This document shows positions 47,536 to 56,926 of a stretch of 64,000 nt of DNA, piece after piece. The translations under genes were made by a program, and so were the position numbers. The notes under the pieces were generated by a model, which worked only from the letters and a program-made list of their open reading frames with translations, was not told the DNA's origin and did no database searches. Source of the DNA: Lepidodermella squamata (lineage: Eukaryota; Animalia; Gastrotricha). The number at the start of each line of letters is the position of its first letter. Position 1 is the first letter of the stretch. Where the stretch lies: assembly GCA_047495785.1 (NCBI GenBank), contig JBLDXI010000045.1:861869-925868 (forward strand), given 5' to 3'.

Positions 47536-49497
47536 TCACAAGCCAGCAACAACACCGCTAACGTTACTAACCAAGTCCATCAAGTACTTTTTCGGCAGAT
47601 TCCCAGAGCATGCGGAGTCCATCAGAGTAAACCAGTGGGAGACAATAATAGCCAGAGAAACCGAAGCAAGATCGGAAATGTGACGCATCTCGGAAGTTAA
47701 GAAACGCCGGCGATACCCCAAGTTTGCGCCAAGTTCCAGAAGCCACTCGATTAGCTCCTTCGAATCGAAAATCGTTGTGGGAACAAGGGGAGGTGATACA
47801 ACAAAAATCGAGCGAAAAATGAGCAGCTGATTTGCAATATTCTCGATCTGCTCGTTGATTTTGCTAGGGACCACCAGCCTGGCAAGGCGGCTTAGCTTAG
47901 ACTGGTATTTGGAGGCTAGACGTTTACGGCATTTTTCATCAAGCAAGTTGCCAAACACAAACGCAACAAGTTTCAAATGAAAATGAGACTCGAAACTAAT
48001 CAAGCCCTTCACCAGCGAGTCGCACTGTTCGGTCTGTAGCAACTTTGCGAAATACGTCTCTCCAAAGGGTTTTGCTTGAACAAGTGACTGCAGCACTCTG
48101 AGAATCAATCTCCGCTCCACCGTGTCACAGTCAAAATTTGTCATGTCGAAAAATTGCGAAATTTGAGACAAAATCGCTGCGACAAAGCGATCGCAAAATG
48201 CGCGGTCATTCGCAACGACAACGGCATTCGCATTTGATCGGCTTATGATTTTATCTAATGTACAGAGTACGTTCTGCATGGTGTAGGCGAAAAAAGGATA
48301 ACCCATCTTCCGTGACAGCTGGGCCAGGTTCCTTCCACAAAATTCGATTTTTGATGTTGAGAAAGCGAGGATAGAGCAGTAGTTGGTGATACAAACGTGG
48401 TAAGACGATATTTCCATATTTCCCACTATGGTTGAGACCAAATGGTTCACAAGGGTAAAAAGTGTCAGCTTTGTCATTACGATAGGCCCGGCACTAGAGA
48501 TCGAGTCAATCATGGCGCACTTCCAATCGGCAAAAGCAACAACGCCAAGTAAGAAAAATCTGTCGATTGATCGGGCGATTTCGTCGCTGGGCATGGCTCG
48601 GAACTTCTGCAAGAACTTAGACGTTTCGAACAGGCGTTCAACAGCTCGAACAAACAGCCCAGGGGTGTCCCAAACTCTGCCATCTTGATAGCTCCTGCGA
48701 ACATGGAATTCCGATCCTCCAAAAACGACAAGAACTGCAATCTTCGAGTACCAGCTGAAGTCATCATAAGGCGCGAAAACATCAAGGTTGTCCAGCGCCG
48801 GGAATGACAAGTTGGCCCATCCGAAAATGACCTCGCCGAACGCGCCCTTTGGGGCATTGGACAGCTTTTTCACAGCCTCTGGGGTGGCTAGGCTCGCCCC
48901 AAAACTCGCTAAGAAAGGCTTCAGCCAGTTTTGCCGAGCCACGAGATTACGAAGGTGAGGCATTTTCTTCAAAATTTTCGATAGGGTAAGAGTCAGTCGA
49001 CCGAGAAAGCGGAGTTTCTGAATATTATAGGCCGAAAACTCGGCGTTGGCCAGAAGATCGACTAAAACCGGATTTTGTTCGATGCCAGTGATTAATTTTT
49101 CAACTATCGGCTTCACAACAGCATCTGGTTGCGTTGAAAAACCGTTGATCAAAACCGTGAAATAATGAATGCTCTCATTCCAGTCAACAAAGTTCTGCAA
49201 TGCCAGAATAGATTCGACGGCTGGAAGCAATTCCGAAGGATCTACTTCGGGCGAACTCGGAATTTTTAAATGAGTCGATTCAGCAGTCTGGTAACGCATT
49301 TTCACCAATGCGTTTTCGGCCAAATTCGTCAACGTAGAAACAACTGATTCGCAAGTAGCAACTTTGCCAGCCGCTTTCGCGCGAACGGAATCGCAAAATT
49401 TGACCACATCTGATACATCCTTCAAGCTGTAGAACAAATCGGCAATTTTTGCCGATCCAGGCTTGGTGCCATCGCCAAATAAGAAATCAAAATCCAT
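47536..49497 (-). CDS. Family copy 11 (subfamily C), 653 aa, lacking the TPR-like segment
   Basis: MDFDFLFGDGTKPGS; paralog of copy 10 with a ~50-aa in-frame N-terminal deletion. Confidence 0.9.
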   Translation of the reverse strand: MDFDFLFGDGTKPGSAKIADLFYSLKDVSDVVKFCDSVRAKAAGKVATCESVVSTLTNLAENALVKMRYQTAESTHLKIPSSPEVDPSELLPAVESILALQNFVDWNESIHYFTVLINGFSTQPDAVVKPIVEKLITGIEQNPVLVDLLANAEFSAYNIQKLRFLGRLTLTLSKILKKMPHLRNLVARQNWLKPFLASFGASLATPEAVKKLSNAPKGAFGEVIFGWANLSFPALDNLDVFAPYDDFSWYSKIAVLVVFGGSEFHVRRSYQDGRVWDTPGLFVRAVERLFETSKFLQKFRAMPSDEIARSIDRFFLLGVVAFADWKCAMIDSISSAGPIVMTKLTLFTLVNHLVSTIVGNMEISSYHVCITNYCSILAFSTSKIEFCGRNLAQLSRKMGYPFFAYTMQNVLCTLDKIISRSNANAVVVANDRAFCDRFVAAILSQISQFFDMTNFDCDTVERRLILRVLQSLVQAKPFGETYFAKLLQTEQCDSLVKGLISFESHFHLKLVAFVFGNLLDEKCRKRLASKYQSKLSRLARLVVPSKINEQIENIANQLLIFRSIFVVSPPLVPTTIFDSKELIEWLLELGANLGYRRRFLTSEMRHISDLASVSLAIIVSHWFTLMDSACSGNLPKKYLMDLVSNVSGVVAGL

Positions 49498-49679
49498 ACT
49501 CTAAAAAAAAGAAAATAAATGAGAGAGAGAGATAATATAATTATATAATTCCGTAAAAGCGCGTGAACAGTGGATAATTTGATGTGGTTAAAAATAGCCG
49601 TAATTAGATGTTCATCATTATGCCTTGAAAATGGTTCATACTTGCGGCATCAGATGAGAAAAACTGCGCTTTTGCTACA

Positions 49680-50140
49680 CATGACTACTTGGCGCGCGCG
49701 CCCTCGCCCGCTCCAAAAAAGTCACCCCACTTCGCTCCGCGCGCGCGGTTACACGACAAGGCGCCAACAAGGGCGGGAGCGAACGAGAGCGAAAACTGCT
49801 CGTGTAAACTAATTGTATACTAATCGTACCACTGAGCGCCTCTCACGGGCGGCCGGATGAGAGAGAGTAAGAGCCACTCTAGAGCGATCGCGCGGCCGCG
49901 CCCTAATATAATTTTATTGACTTCATAATTTAGTGCATTATAGGTCGCGCGCCCCTTACACTTCGGCCCGGGAAGTTGGTAATTAAGCGGGTAGCCGGTT
50001 ACGCTTCCGCGCGCGGCGCGTCACGCGATGATCGGTAGCGAGGACCCGCGAAAAGAGCGCGGCCGCCTTTTGACCAACAGCGGCATCAAACGCGCCGGCA
50101 CCCGCGCGCAAGGCGAGCCCGGCATCAACAGTCATGTCGA
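49680..50140. promoter_or_regulatory. GC/CpG-rich non-coding island upstream of copy 11
   Basis: Dense CGCG/GCGC runs in an otherwise AT-rich intergenic background; no credible ORF. Confidence 0.35.
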
Positions 50141-50562
50141 TATTACTGATGAGTGATAACATTAGTGTTACACGAGGCAATAAAACAAGTATAGCCGACT
50201 ATCACCTACTATCACCCGATCAAGTAATTGATTAGTTATAATTTGCGGATGATTTGCCGATTAGATACCGACTTAGCGACTATGCGGCTGTTTTATTAGT
50301 GCGATAAAAAAGCGGCGCGATACTCAGCGAAAAAATAGCAATAATCCGAAAAAGCGAAAAAACAGGCAATGGCGATTGCGAGGAGGAGCCCATTCGCCGA
50401 TTATATTTAGCTTTTCTCACCTGAAAAAACTGATGTAAAGAATTAGATAAAAAAATAGTTCATACATGCGCCTTTATTATATCACATCATAAGCAAGTTC
50501 CAAATCGTTATTTTTCAGCATTTCATGCACGACGCCAGATAATTTCAAAATAAGTGTTTTAA

Positions 50563-52758
50563 TCACTGAATAATTTTCCGAATTTTTGAAGCAAGAGTTT
50601 TGACAAAACGTTCATTCCCTGCTAAAAGAGTATTGCAGCCACACGAGTCATCTTCAAAAATTCCAGCCAGAATAATCGCAACAGTCATGGCCACAATGTC
50701 GAACAGCTTACCGGTTTTACGCTTTTTGTCACCCATGTTGTAGACGCGGATAAAATTTCCGACAATTTTAGCGCGGTCTTCAATTCTGATCGACACCAGA
50801 GCAGGCGATGCGGTTACCAATGAGTGGAAACAAAGCAAAAGAGAAGCCGTATTTTCGCTCAATTCACGCATTTTCTCGAGTTCGCTAAGAATAGATCGGG
50901 CTAATTCATCGAGATTTTTGCGATATTTAGTCGCAAGTCGCAAACGGCAGTCAATACTGCGTAAATTTCGAAAAACGCCCGCCAAACACAGCGGCGAAAA
51001 ATGCGTAGAAACCCTCGAAAAATCAGTCATAAATTTGATCGCAGGATCGAATCGTTTACTTTCCATAAGTTTGGCGAAGTAGGATTGGCGAAATGAAGGC
51101 GCCGATATCATAGCCAAGAGAAAATCGAAAATTATTCGGGATCCTCCGATCAACCGAATAGTCACATGCTTCGAAGCAGTCTCCATTCGAGCGAGAACAG
51201 AATCGACAAATCGATCGCAGAAAAAACGGTTGTTAACAACGGATGCCGCAGCTGAGTTGTCATTTGAGTGGCCGAGAATAAAGTCCAAGTAATGAATAGC
51301 CAGAACAAGTTGCTGCTCCCCGAGTTCATCCTTCTGTTCAAGCTTTTCGAGGTTTTCGAAGGTTAGCTCCAGTTTCAAGCCGATGAACGTGAAAATCGAA
51401 GACATCTTAACCAGGGCCGTATGCAGACGTTCAGACCCTGCTATAAAAGCCAGGTAGATAGACAAGAGGCCTGAAATATCGTAGCAAAGCAACATGGAAG
51501 TAACCACTTTGGTTGAAGTTGTATCTTTCGCTTTGATGAATGCGCTTTTCCAATCGCCGAAACCCATCGAGGCAGCAAGGCAAAGGCGGTCGATGGTTTC
51601 AATGCACTCGCGATCAGACAACGCTGTGAGGTTTTTCTGAAATTTCTTACTACCATTGTCCGGTGAAATGTGATGAACAGCAGTTCTGATCAAAATATCT
51701 GGCAATGTTTCCCTCGAAGCACTGTGCTCACGCATGATTGATTCATCGTAAGGTTCTCCGGTGAATAAATCGTACAACGCGAGTTTGGCATACCAACTGA
51801 TGTCATTCAGAGGCGCGGTCGAGTCAATAAATTCCGGAAATTGGCGAAAAATGCAGAAAATTTCTACCCATGACGTTAGCACATCTGAAAAAGCGCCCAA
51901 AGGAGCCAATCCAATTTTCTTCAGCGACTCGGGTTTCGTGAGGCTAGCAGCAAACTTGGCTACAAAAGCCCTCGCCCATGGCAGTTCAACTACCTTGGAA
52001 TAATCGCGTAAAACGTCCGCTGCTTCAACGACGAGCCTCGTAAGTCGGCCGAGAAATCGCAACTGATCCACATTCATTTCAAGAAAATCAGCGTTAGATA
52101 AAAAATCGCTTAAAAATTTGTTCTTCGCGATTCCGTCAATAAATTTAGTCGCTTGGTTGCGAGAATCGGGATGAGTTTCAGATAGCCAGGTCTCAAATCG
52201 AACCAAAAAGAAAATACTTTCCAGCCAATCGACTGGTTCTTTCATTTTCAAAATTTTGTCAATGGGCGAGTTTTTATCATTCAGGTCACTAAGATCGCTC
52301 GCAGTTATTCCCTCAGGGTGAAAATGGCCATTTTTGAGATAGGCAGCCGCTCGTGAAACTCCCAGTTCGGCATTCGGAGGCGGCTTCTTATTGCCGTATC
52401 GAAACACTCTTAACTTGTAGAGGCTAACCGCTTGCTTAAGCTTGCCAATTTTAGCCGCTAGATCAATCATGTGATCCAACAAATTGGCATCGAATTCACC
52501 GAAAACTTCACCGGCTTTCAAGTAGAGTTTGTATGTTCCTTCAAAGTCTTCGCCTGTTACAACCCGGGCAGCTTTCACTAACAGGTTCAATTGAGTCTTC
52601 TTCAACGCATCCATGGCTTCTTTGCCACCAGCTGCCCTGATTCGGACTTCATCGCGAAATTTAACGACATCAGCCCGGTTTCGTAATTTTACAAATAATT
52701 CGCTGATTTGGTCAGATCCAGGCTCAACGTTTTTGCCGAAAATAATGCCGAAATCCAT
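50563..52758 (-). CDS. Family copy 12 (subfamily D), 731 aa
   Basis: MDFGIIFGKNVEPGS, ELPWARAFVAKF, APLNDISW. Confidence 0.9.
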   Translation of the reverse strand: MDFGIIFGKNVEPGSDQISELFVKLRNRADVVKFRDEVRIRAAGGKEAMDALKKTQLNLLVKAARVVTGEDFEGTYKLYLKAGEVFGEFDANLLDHMIDLAAKIGKLKQAVSLYKLRVFRYGNKKPPPNAELGVSRAAAYLKNGHFHPEGITASDLSDLNDKNSPIDKILKMKEPVDWLESIFFLVRFETWLSETHPDSRNQATKFIDGIAKNKFLSDFLSNADFLEMNVDQLRFLGRLTRLVVEAADVLRDYSKVVELPWARAFVAKFAASLTKPESLKKIGLAPLGAFSDVLTSWVEIFCIFRQFPEFIDSTAPLNDISWYAKLALYDLFTGEPYDESIMREHSASRETLPDILIRTAVHHISPDNGSKKFQKNLTALSDRECIETIDRLCLAASMGFGDWKSAFIKAKDTTSTKVVTSMLLCYDISGLLSIYLAFIAGSERLHTALVKMSSIFTFIGLKLELTFENLEKLEQKDELGEQQLVLAIHYLDFILGHSNDNSAAASVVNNRFFCDRFVDSVLARMETASKHVTIRLIGGSRIIFDFLLAMISAPSFRQSYFAKLMESKRFDPAIKFMTDFSRVSTHFSPLCLAGVFRNLRSIDCRLRLATKYRKNLDELARSILSELEKMRELSENTASLLLCFHSLVTASPALVSIRIEDRAKIVGNFIRVYNMGDKKRKTGKLFDIVAMTVAIILAGIFEDDSCGCNTLLAGNERFVKTLASKIRKIIQ

Positions 52759-52832
52759 ATGACAAAAATCAAATCTAAAACACCATTACATAAATTATTA
52801 GCATTTTTTTAATAAAACAATTATGACAATTT

Positions 52833-53958
52833 TCACGCATCAAAGCCCAGACATTTGTAGAATCTAACCATATCTTCGGCGTTCAATCTGTGAACAATTT
52901 CTCTCAAATGAGCATAACGACACAAATCGCTGTCCAAGGGACCATCGACTTTGGAGTGACTGAAAGCTCGAATTCTCAAGTGCTGCTGACGAGCGGCTAG
53001 ACCGGTGAAGAAAGCATCCTCATTTGTCAGGGAGTTATCTGCGTGTCTCAGTCCGTAGGGTATCAACAAATCCAAATTTCCTAATTGAAAGATATACGCC
53101 GTTCCGGAGCAAAATCGCGGAAAATACATGGGTGCGTAGACTTCAAACGGTGTATAATTTTTGTCAAGTTGGTAGCGAATGACCCGAGAATTCGGCCATG
53201 CGCGACAATAGAATGTCTTGTCATCGGCACTGTTCCGCCTCATCAATCGACCAACTGAGTGAGCTACAGCGGGTAAGTTGACAAAAGTATCATCGTCAGC
53301 TTTAACCACGTAGTAGCTGGACGGGTTCACCGCTTGATTTGTCAATTTCAGTTTATGGCGAATCCAGATAAAAGTTTCCAGGCTTTTCAGGGTCAATAAT
53401 CGGTATTCATCGATGACGTTCAAAATTATCACATCGCCGTAAATCGAACTTTCATTCAGCAGTTTTCTGTCAATTTCCGCTTCATCAGATGCTGTCGTAT
53501 TCCGGGCTTTCCCTACGAAGAAGTAAGGTCCAATTACATTAGATCCGATAGTTGCTGAGAGAAATCGACGATTCGCCCAGGTTTGGCGAATGGCATTGCG
53601 GTTGTCGAATCGGTCGCGGCCTGAGATGACAGCGATTATTAGCGGTATTTCCACAGGCCCACTATCGTAGGTGGGATCTTGAATAAAAATACAAGAAATC
53701 GTATAATAATTGAATGCGTAATTCATGCGCTTACTAGTGTAATATGTAGTCAATTGATTCAAGTTGATAAGAATGCATTTGATCGAAATAACCGCGAAAA
53801 TACCTTAAAATAATGAATTATTTCCAGTCAACGAATAGCATTCGGATATATGACTCACTTGCGAATATCAAAACCCCAAAAATTCGAATCGAAAGCGATC
53901 CATTTTTACTTGGCAAATTCACATTTTCGGGGTCATCGATTGGTGCCGTATCAGTCAT
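52833..53958 (-). CDS. Beta-1,3-galactosyltransferase family (GT31) type II membrane protein, 3 exons
   Basis: Motifs RNAIRQTW, FFVG, ESSIYGDVI, DEYRLLTLKS, VKADDDTFVN, FCSGTAY and EDAFFTG. Two ~55-nt phase-1 introns, and an N-terminal TM segment IFGVLIFASIFAVISI. Confidence 0.92.
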
Positions 53959-54545
53959 TTCAGCGCGGTCCGCATTGAAAATGTGTGCTCACAGTCAAAA
54001 TTAACGATTTCCAAGAACAAGCGAGAATTTGTTCAATTGAACATTTCTATTAGGCAAGTCCTTGGCGAAAGACTGAGTGTACATTTTCATTTTATGCACA
54101 AGGATTGGTCGGCGAGTTCTGGCGGCCGGAAATTGCAAAATAGACTTTGTTTTGCGGAAAGTTGTCTCATTTAGTCACCTTAAAATCACGAAATAAATGC
54201 TAAAACTAGTTAATTCTGTCACAATGAACAAACTTCGACGGAAAACAGCAGCTTCGTAGCTTAAAAATGCAAAAATGCACAGTAAATCACCAAGTGAAAA
54301 CCACTAAAAAGAAATTATAAATCAATTCATAAAATAAGACAAATTTCGGCATTAAGATTCTTTATTTGAATATTCGAAATGTCACGAAGCCTTGAAATCC
54401 CAGCAATCACAAGTACAAAATCTGATCAGATATAGGTAAATAAGAGATGCATAGTTAAGAGTGTAAGTAAGCATACAGCATTAACAATATTAATGTGAGA
54501 AAATTGGTGACATTTTACGAAAACATGGGCAGAGTCAAATAACGT

Positions 54546-56762
54546 TCAAACATTAACAATCAGTTCAAGTTCTTTGATCAGCAATTTTATCGATTTTGAC
54601 TCGGCTTTGCGTACAAAAGTTTTCAACTTTGGATCAATCGAAACAAGCCAAGCGAGATTAATTGCAACAATCATCAAGACAATATCGATGTCTTTCGAAA
54701 TTTTCTTCTGACGGGTTTTCATTGCGGACTGAAAAATACGCAAAAAGCCTGAAATCAGCTTTGAGCGATCGCTTCCTTCGAAATCAACGCTTTCAATTTT
54801 GACCAATACAGGGCATGCGATAAACAAGGAATGAAACAGTAAGAGATACAGCGCCGTGTTTTGAACACTTGCGATTTCGGAATCGATGCAAATCCGAGAG
54901 ACAACATGCTGTCCGAGCTTTGAAAGCTTGATTGAAAATTTTGCAGCCAGTCGATCGCGGCAATCAAAACTCGTCAATGTGCGAAATACAGCGGTGACAC
55001 AACCCAGCGAGAAATGTGATGGAACCTTCTTGAACTCACACAAAAATTTGACTGCAGGATCGAATTTCTCTTTATTCATTAATCGAGCGAAAAATGAGTC
55101 TTTGAACAAAGGCGCAGAAAGCAGAAAGTCCACAACGGCAAAGATGAATTTGTGATAGCCTGGAATTAGCGAAGAAATTTCGTGACTCATCACAGCGTCA
55201 ACGCGACTTAACAGCGAGCCAACAAATCGCTTGCAAAATTCTTTGTTATTCACAGCGCGGGATGAATCTGGCTTTTCAGCTTTGAAAGAAATCAGTTCCA
55301 AGTTGCGAATCGACACAGCAAGCTCCGGCTGGCCAGAATCAGACGTCAGATTATCCAAGTGCCGACAGCAAAATTCGATTTTCAGCGCGTAAAAAACGTA
55401 AATCGAAGACATTCGCATGATTTCAGTTTGGACAGGAGTAGCTTTGAAATTCATGAAAACAGCGGCTAAAATGTTTGAAACAGCGCAGGTCAAAATCTGG
55501 GTTGTGATATAGTGAGGAACGTAAGAGTCTTCGTTCTTGTTGCTCAAGAACTGGCACTGCCATTCAGCAAAAGCGGTCATTCCAAGCAAGCACAATCGAT
55601 CAATCGATTCAATAACCTCTTTCGACGACAATTTGTTCGCTGATTTTACAAATTGCGTGTAATCAGGACGGTGCGGATTACCCTGTCCCATGGTCATCAA
55701 GAATGCGGAGATTTCAGTAGCTCCACTTGGGCTGCAGTGGGTAAGAGGATTGAATGGGCCACCGCTGAACAGCAGAAGGAGGGCCACTTTCGTGCACCAC
55801 GCAAAATCGTTGAAAGGCGGCATGTGATCGACTCGGATTTTGCAAGCTTTGAAAAGCATTGCGATTTGAAGCCAACCGTGAATAGCATCGTCAAAAGCTC
55901 CGATCGGGGCAATTGCCAGTCTCTTGATCGCCTCCGGTTTGGCGAGACTCAAGCCGAAGTTTGTAACAAATTTTCTGGCCCATGGCAGCTCGGGAATCAA
56001 AGAATGCAAATCCAGCGCTATGCAATACATGAAAATCATTTTGGTGAATTGGCCGAGGAAACGAAGCTGGTTCAAATTCATGTTAACAAAATCAGCTTTA
56101 TCCAACAAATCACTCAAAAACGGACTCTTGGCTATCCCAGTGACGAGCTTAATTCCTTCATTTCTCGCCTGGTTACGAAATTTCGCTAAATATTTTGTAG
56201 CCCGCAATAGGTAGAAGAACGCTTCCATCCAATCAAATGGCTCGACAAGGTTCAGAATTGGATCAATCGGAGATGACATATCCATCGAGCCGCCAATTTC
56301 GAAGGGTAAGACGAACTCGACTGGGAAGTGGCCGTGCCTTACGTAGAAGTCTCCAAGTCGCAGGCCGGGTCTGCCACAACGGGGGTCCATAGGGCCGTAA
56401 CACGACAGTCGAAGAGAGTACAGGCCAACAACCTGTCGAAATTTCCCTTTTTCAAGCAGGCGATCTGCGATGTTAGTGAACGCGAAAAAATCCCATTCTC
56501 CATCAATTTCAGCAATTTTATGCATGTAATTCATATAGCCGTCATAGTCACCCTCGATCGAAGCATCACCAGCTTTCATTTCCAATTCAAAAGTGGCATC
56601 ATGCCTTGCATCAATTGCCTCCTGGCCGCCAGCCACTGTCTCCCGCAGTTCTTCGCGGAATAGAGCAACGGCTTCGCGGTTCTTCAAACAAACCAGCACA
56701 TTGCTAACTGAATCTGATCCTGGTTCAACATCTTTACCGAATAAAAGCTGGTTAAAATCCAT
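54546..56762 (-). CDS. Family copy 13 (subfamily D), 738 aa
   Basis: MDFNQLLFGKDVEPGS, PPFNDFAW. atttag lies directly before the ATG. Confidence 0.9.
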   Translation of the reverse strand: MDFNQLLFGKDVEPGSDSVSNVLVCLKNREAVALFREELRETVAGGQEAIDARHDATFELEMKAGDASIEGDYDGYMNYMHKIAEIDGEWDFFAFTNIADRLLEKGKFRQVVGLYSLRLSCYGPMDPRCGRPGLRLGDFYVRHGHFPVEFVLPFEIGGSMDMSSPIDPILNLVEPFDWMEAFFYLLRATKYLAKFRNQARNEGIKLVTGIAKSPFLSDLLDKADFVNMNLNQLRFLGQFTKMIFMYCIALDLHSLIPELPWARKFVTNFGLSLAKPEAIKRLAIAPIGAFDDAIHGWLQIAMLFKACKIRVDHMPPFNDFAWCTKVALLLLFSGGPFNPLTHCSPSGATEISAFLMTMGQGNPHRPDYTQFVKSANKLSSKEVIESIDRLCLLGMTAFAEWQCQFLSNKNEDSYVPHYITTQILTCAVSNILAAVFMNFKATPVQTEIMRMSSIYVFYALKIEFCCRHLDNLTSDSGQPELAVSIRNLELISFKAEKPDSSRAVNNKEFCKRFVGSLLSRVDAVMSHEISSLIPGYHKFIFAVVDFLLSAPLFKDSFFARLMNKEKFDPAVKFLCEFKKVPSHFSLGCVTAVFRTLTSFDCRDRLAAKFSIKLSKLGQHVVSRICIDSEIASVQNTALYLLLFHSLFIACPVLVKIESVDFEGSDRSKLISGFLRIFQSAMKTRQKKISKDIDIVLMIVAINLAWLVSIDPKLKTFVRKAESKSIKLLIKELELIVNV

Positions 56763-56926
56763 CTAAATAATAATATAGAATCAATTCCAGTCATTGAAAG
56801 CAGCGAGTTTTATTTTTTGACCATTTATTCAACTTTTAGTTATGTGAGTTTATTGCGTAATGAAAAAAAATGAAAGATGAAATCATCACAAATTTAGAAT
56901 CAATGGAAATCAGCTTGAGAATGAGG

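Noticed and set aside
50146-50180. Hammerhead-ribozyme-like core ctgatga followed by the hairpin gtgataac-attagt-gttacac
   Set aside because: The required GAAA after stem II is GAGG, and no stems I/III with an NUH cleavage triplet could be built.
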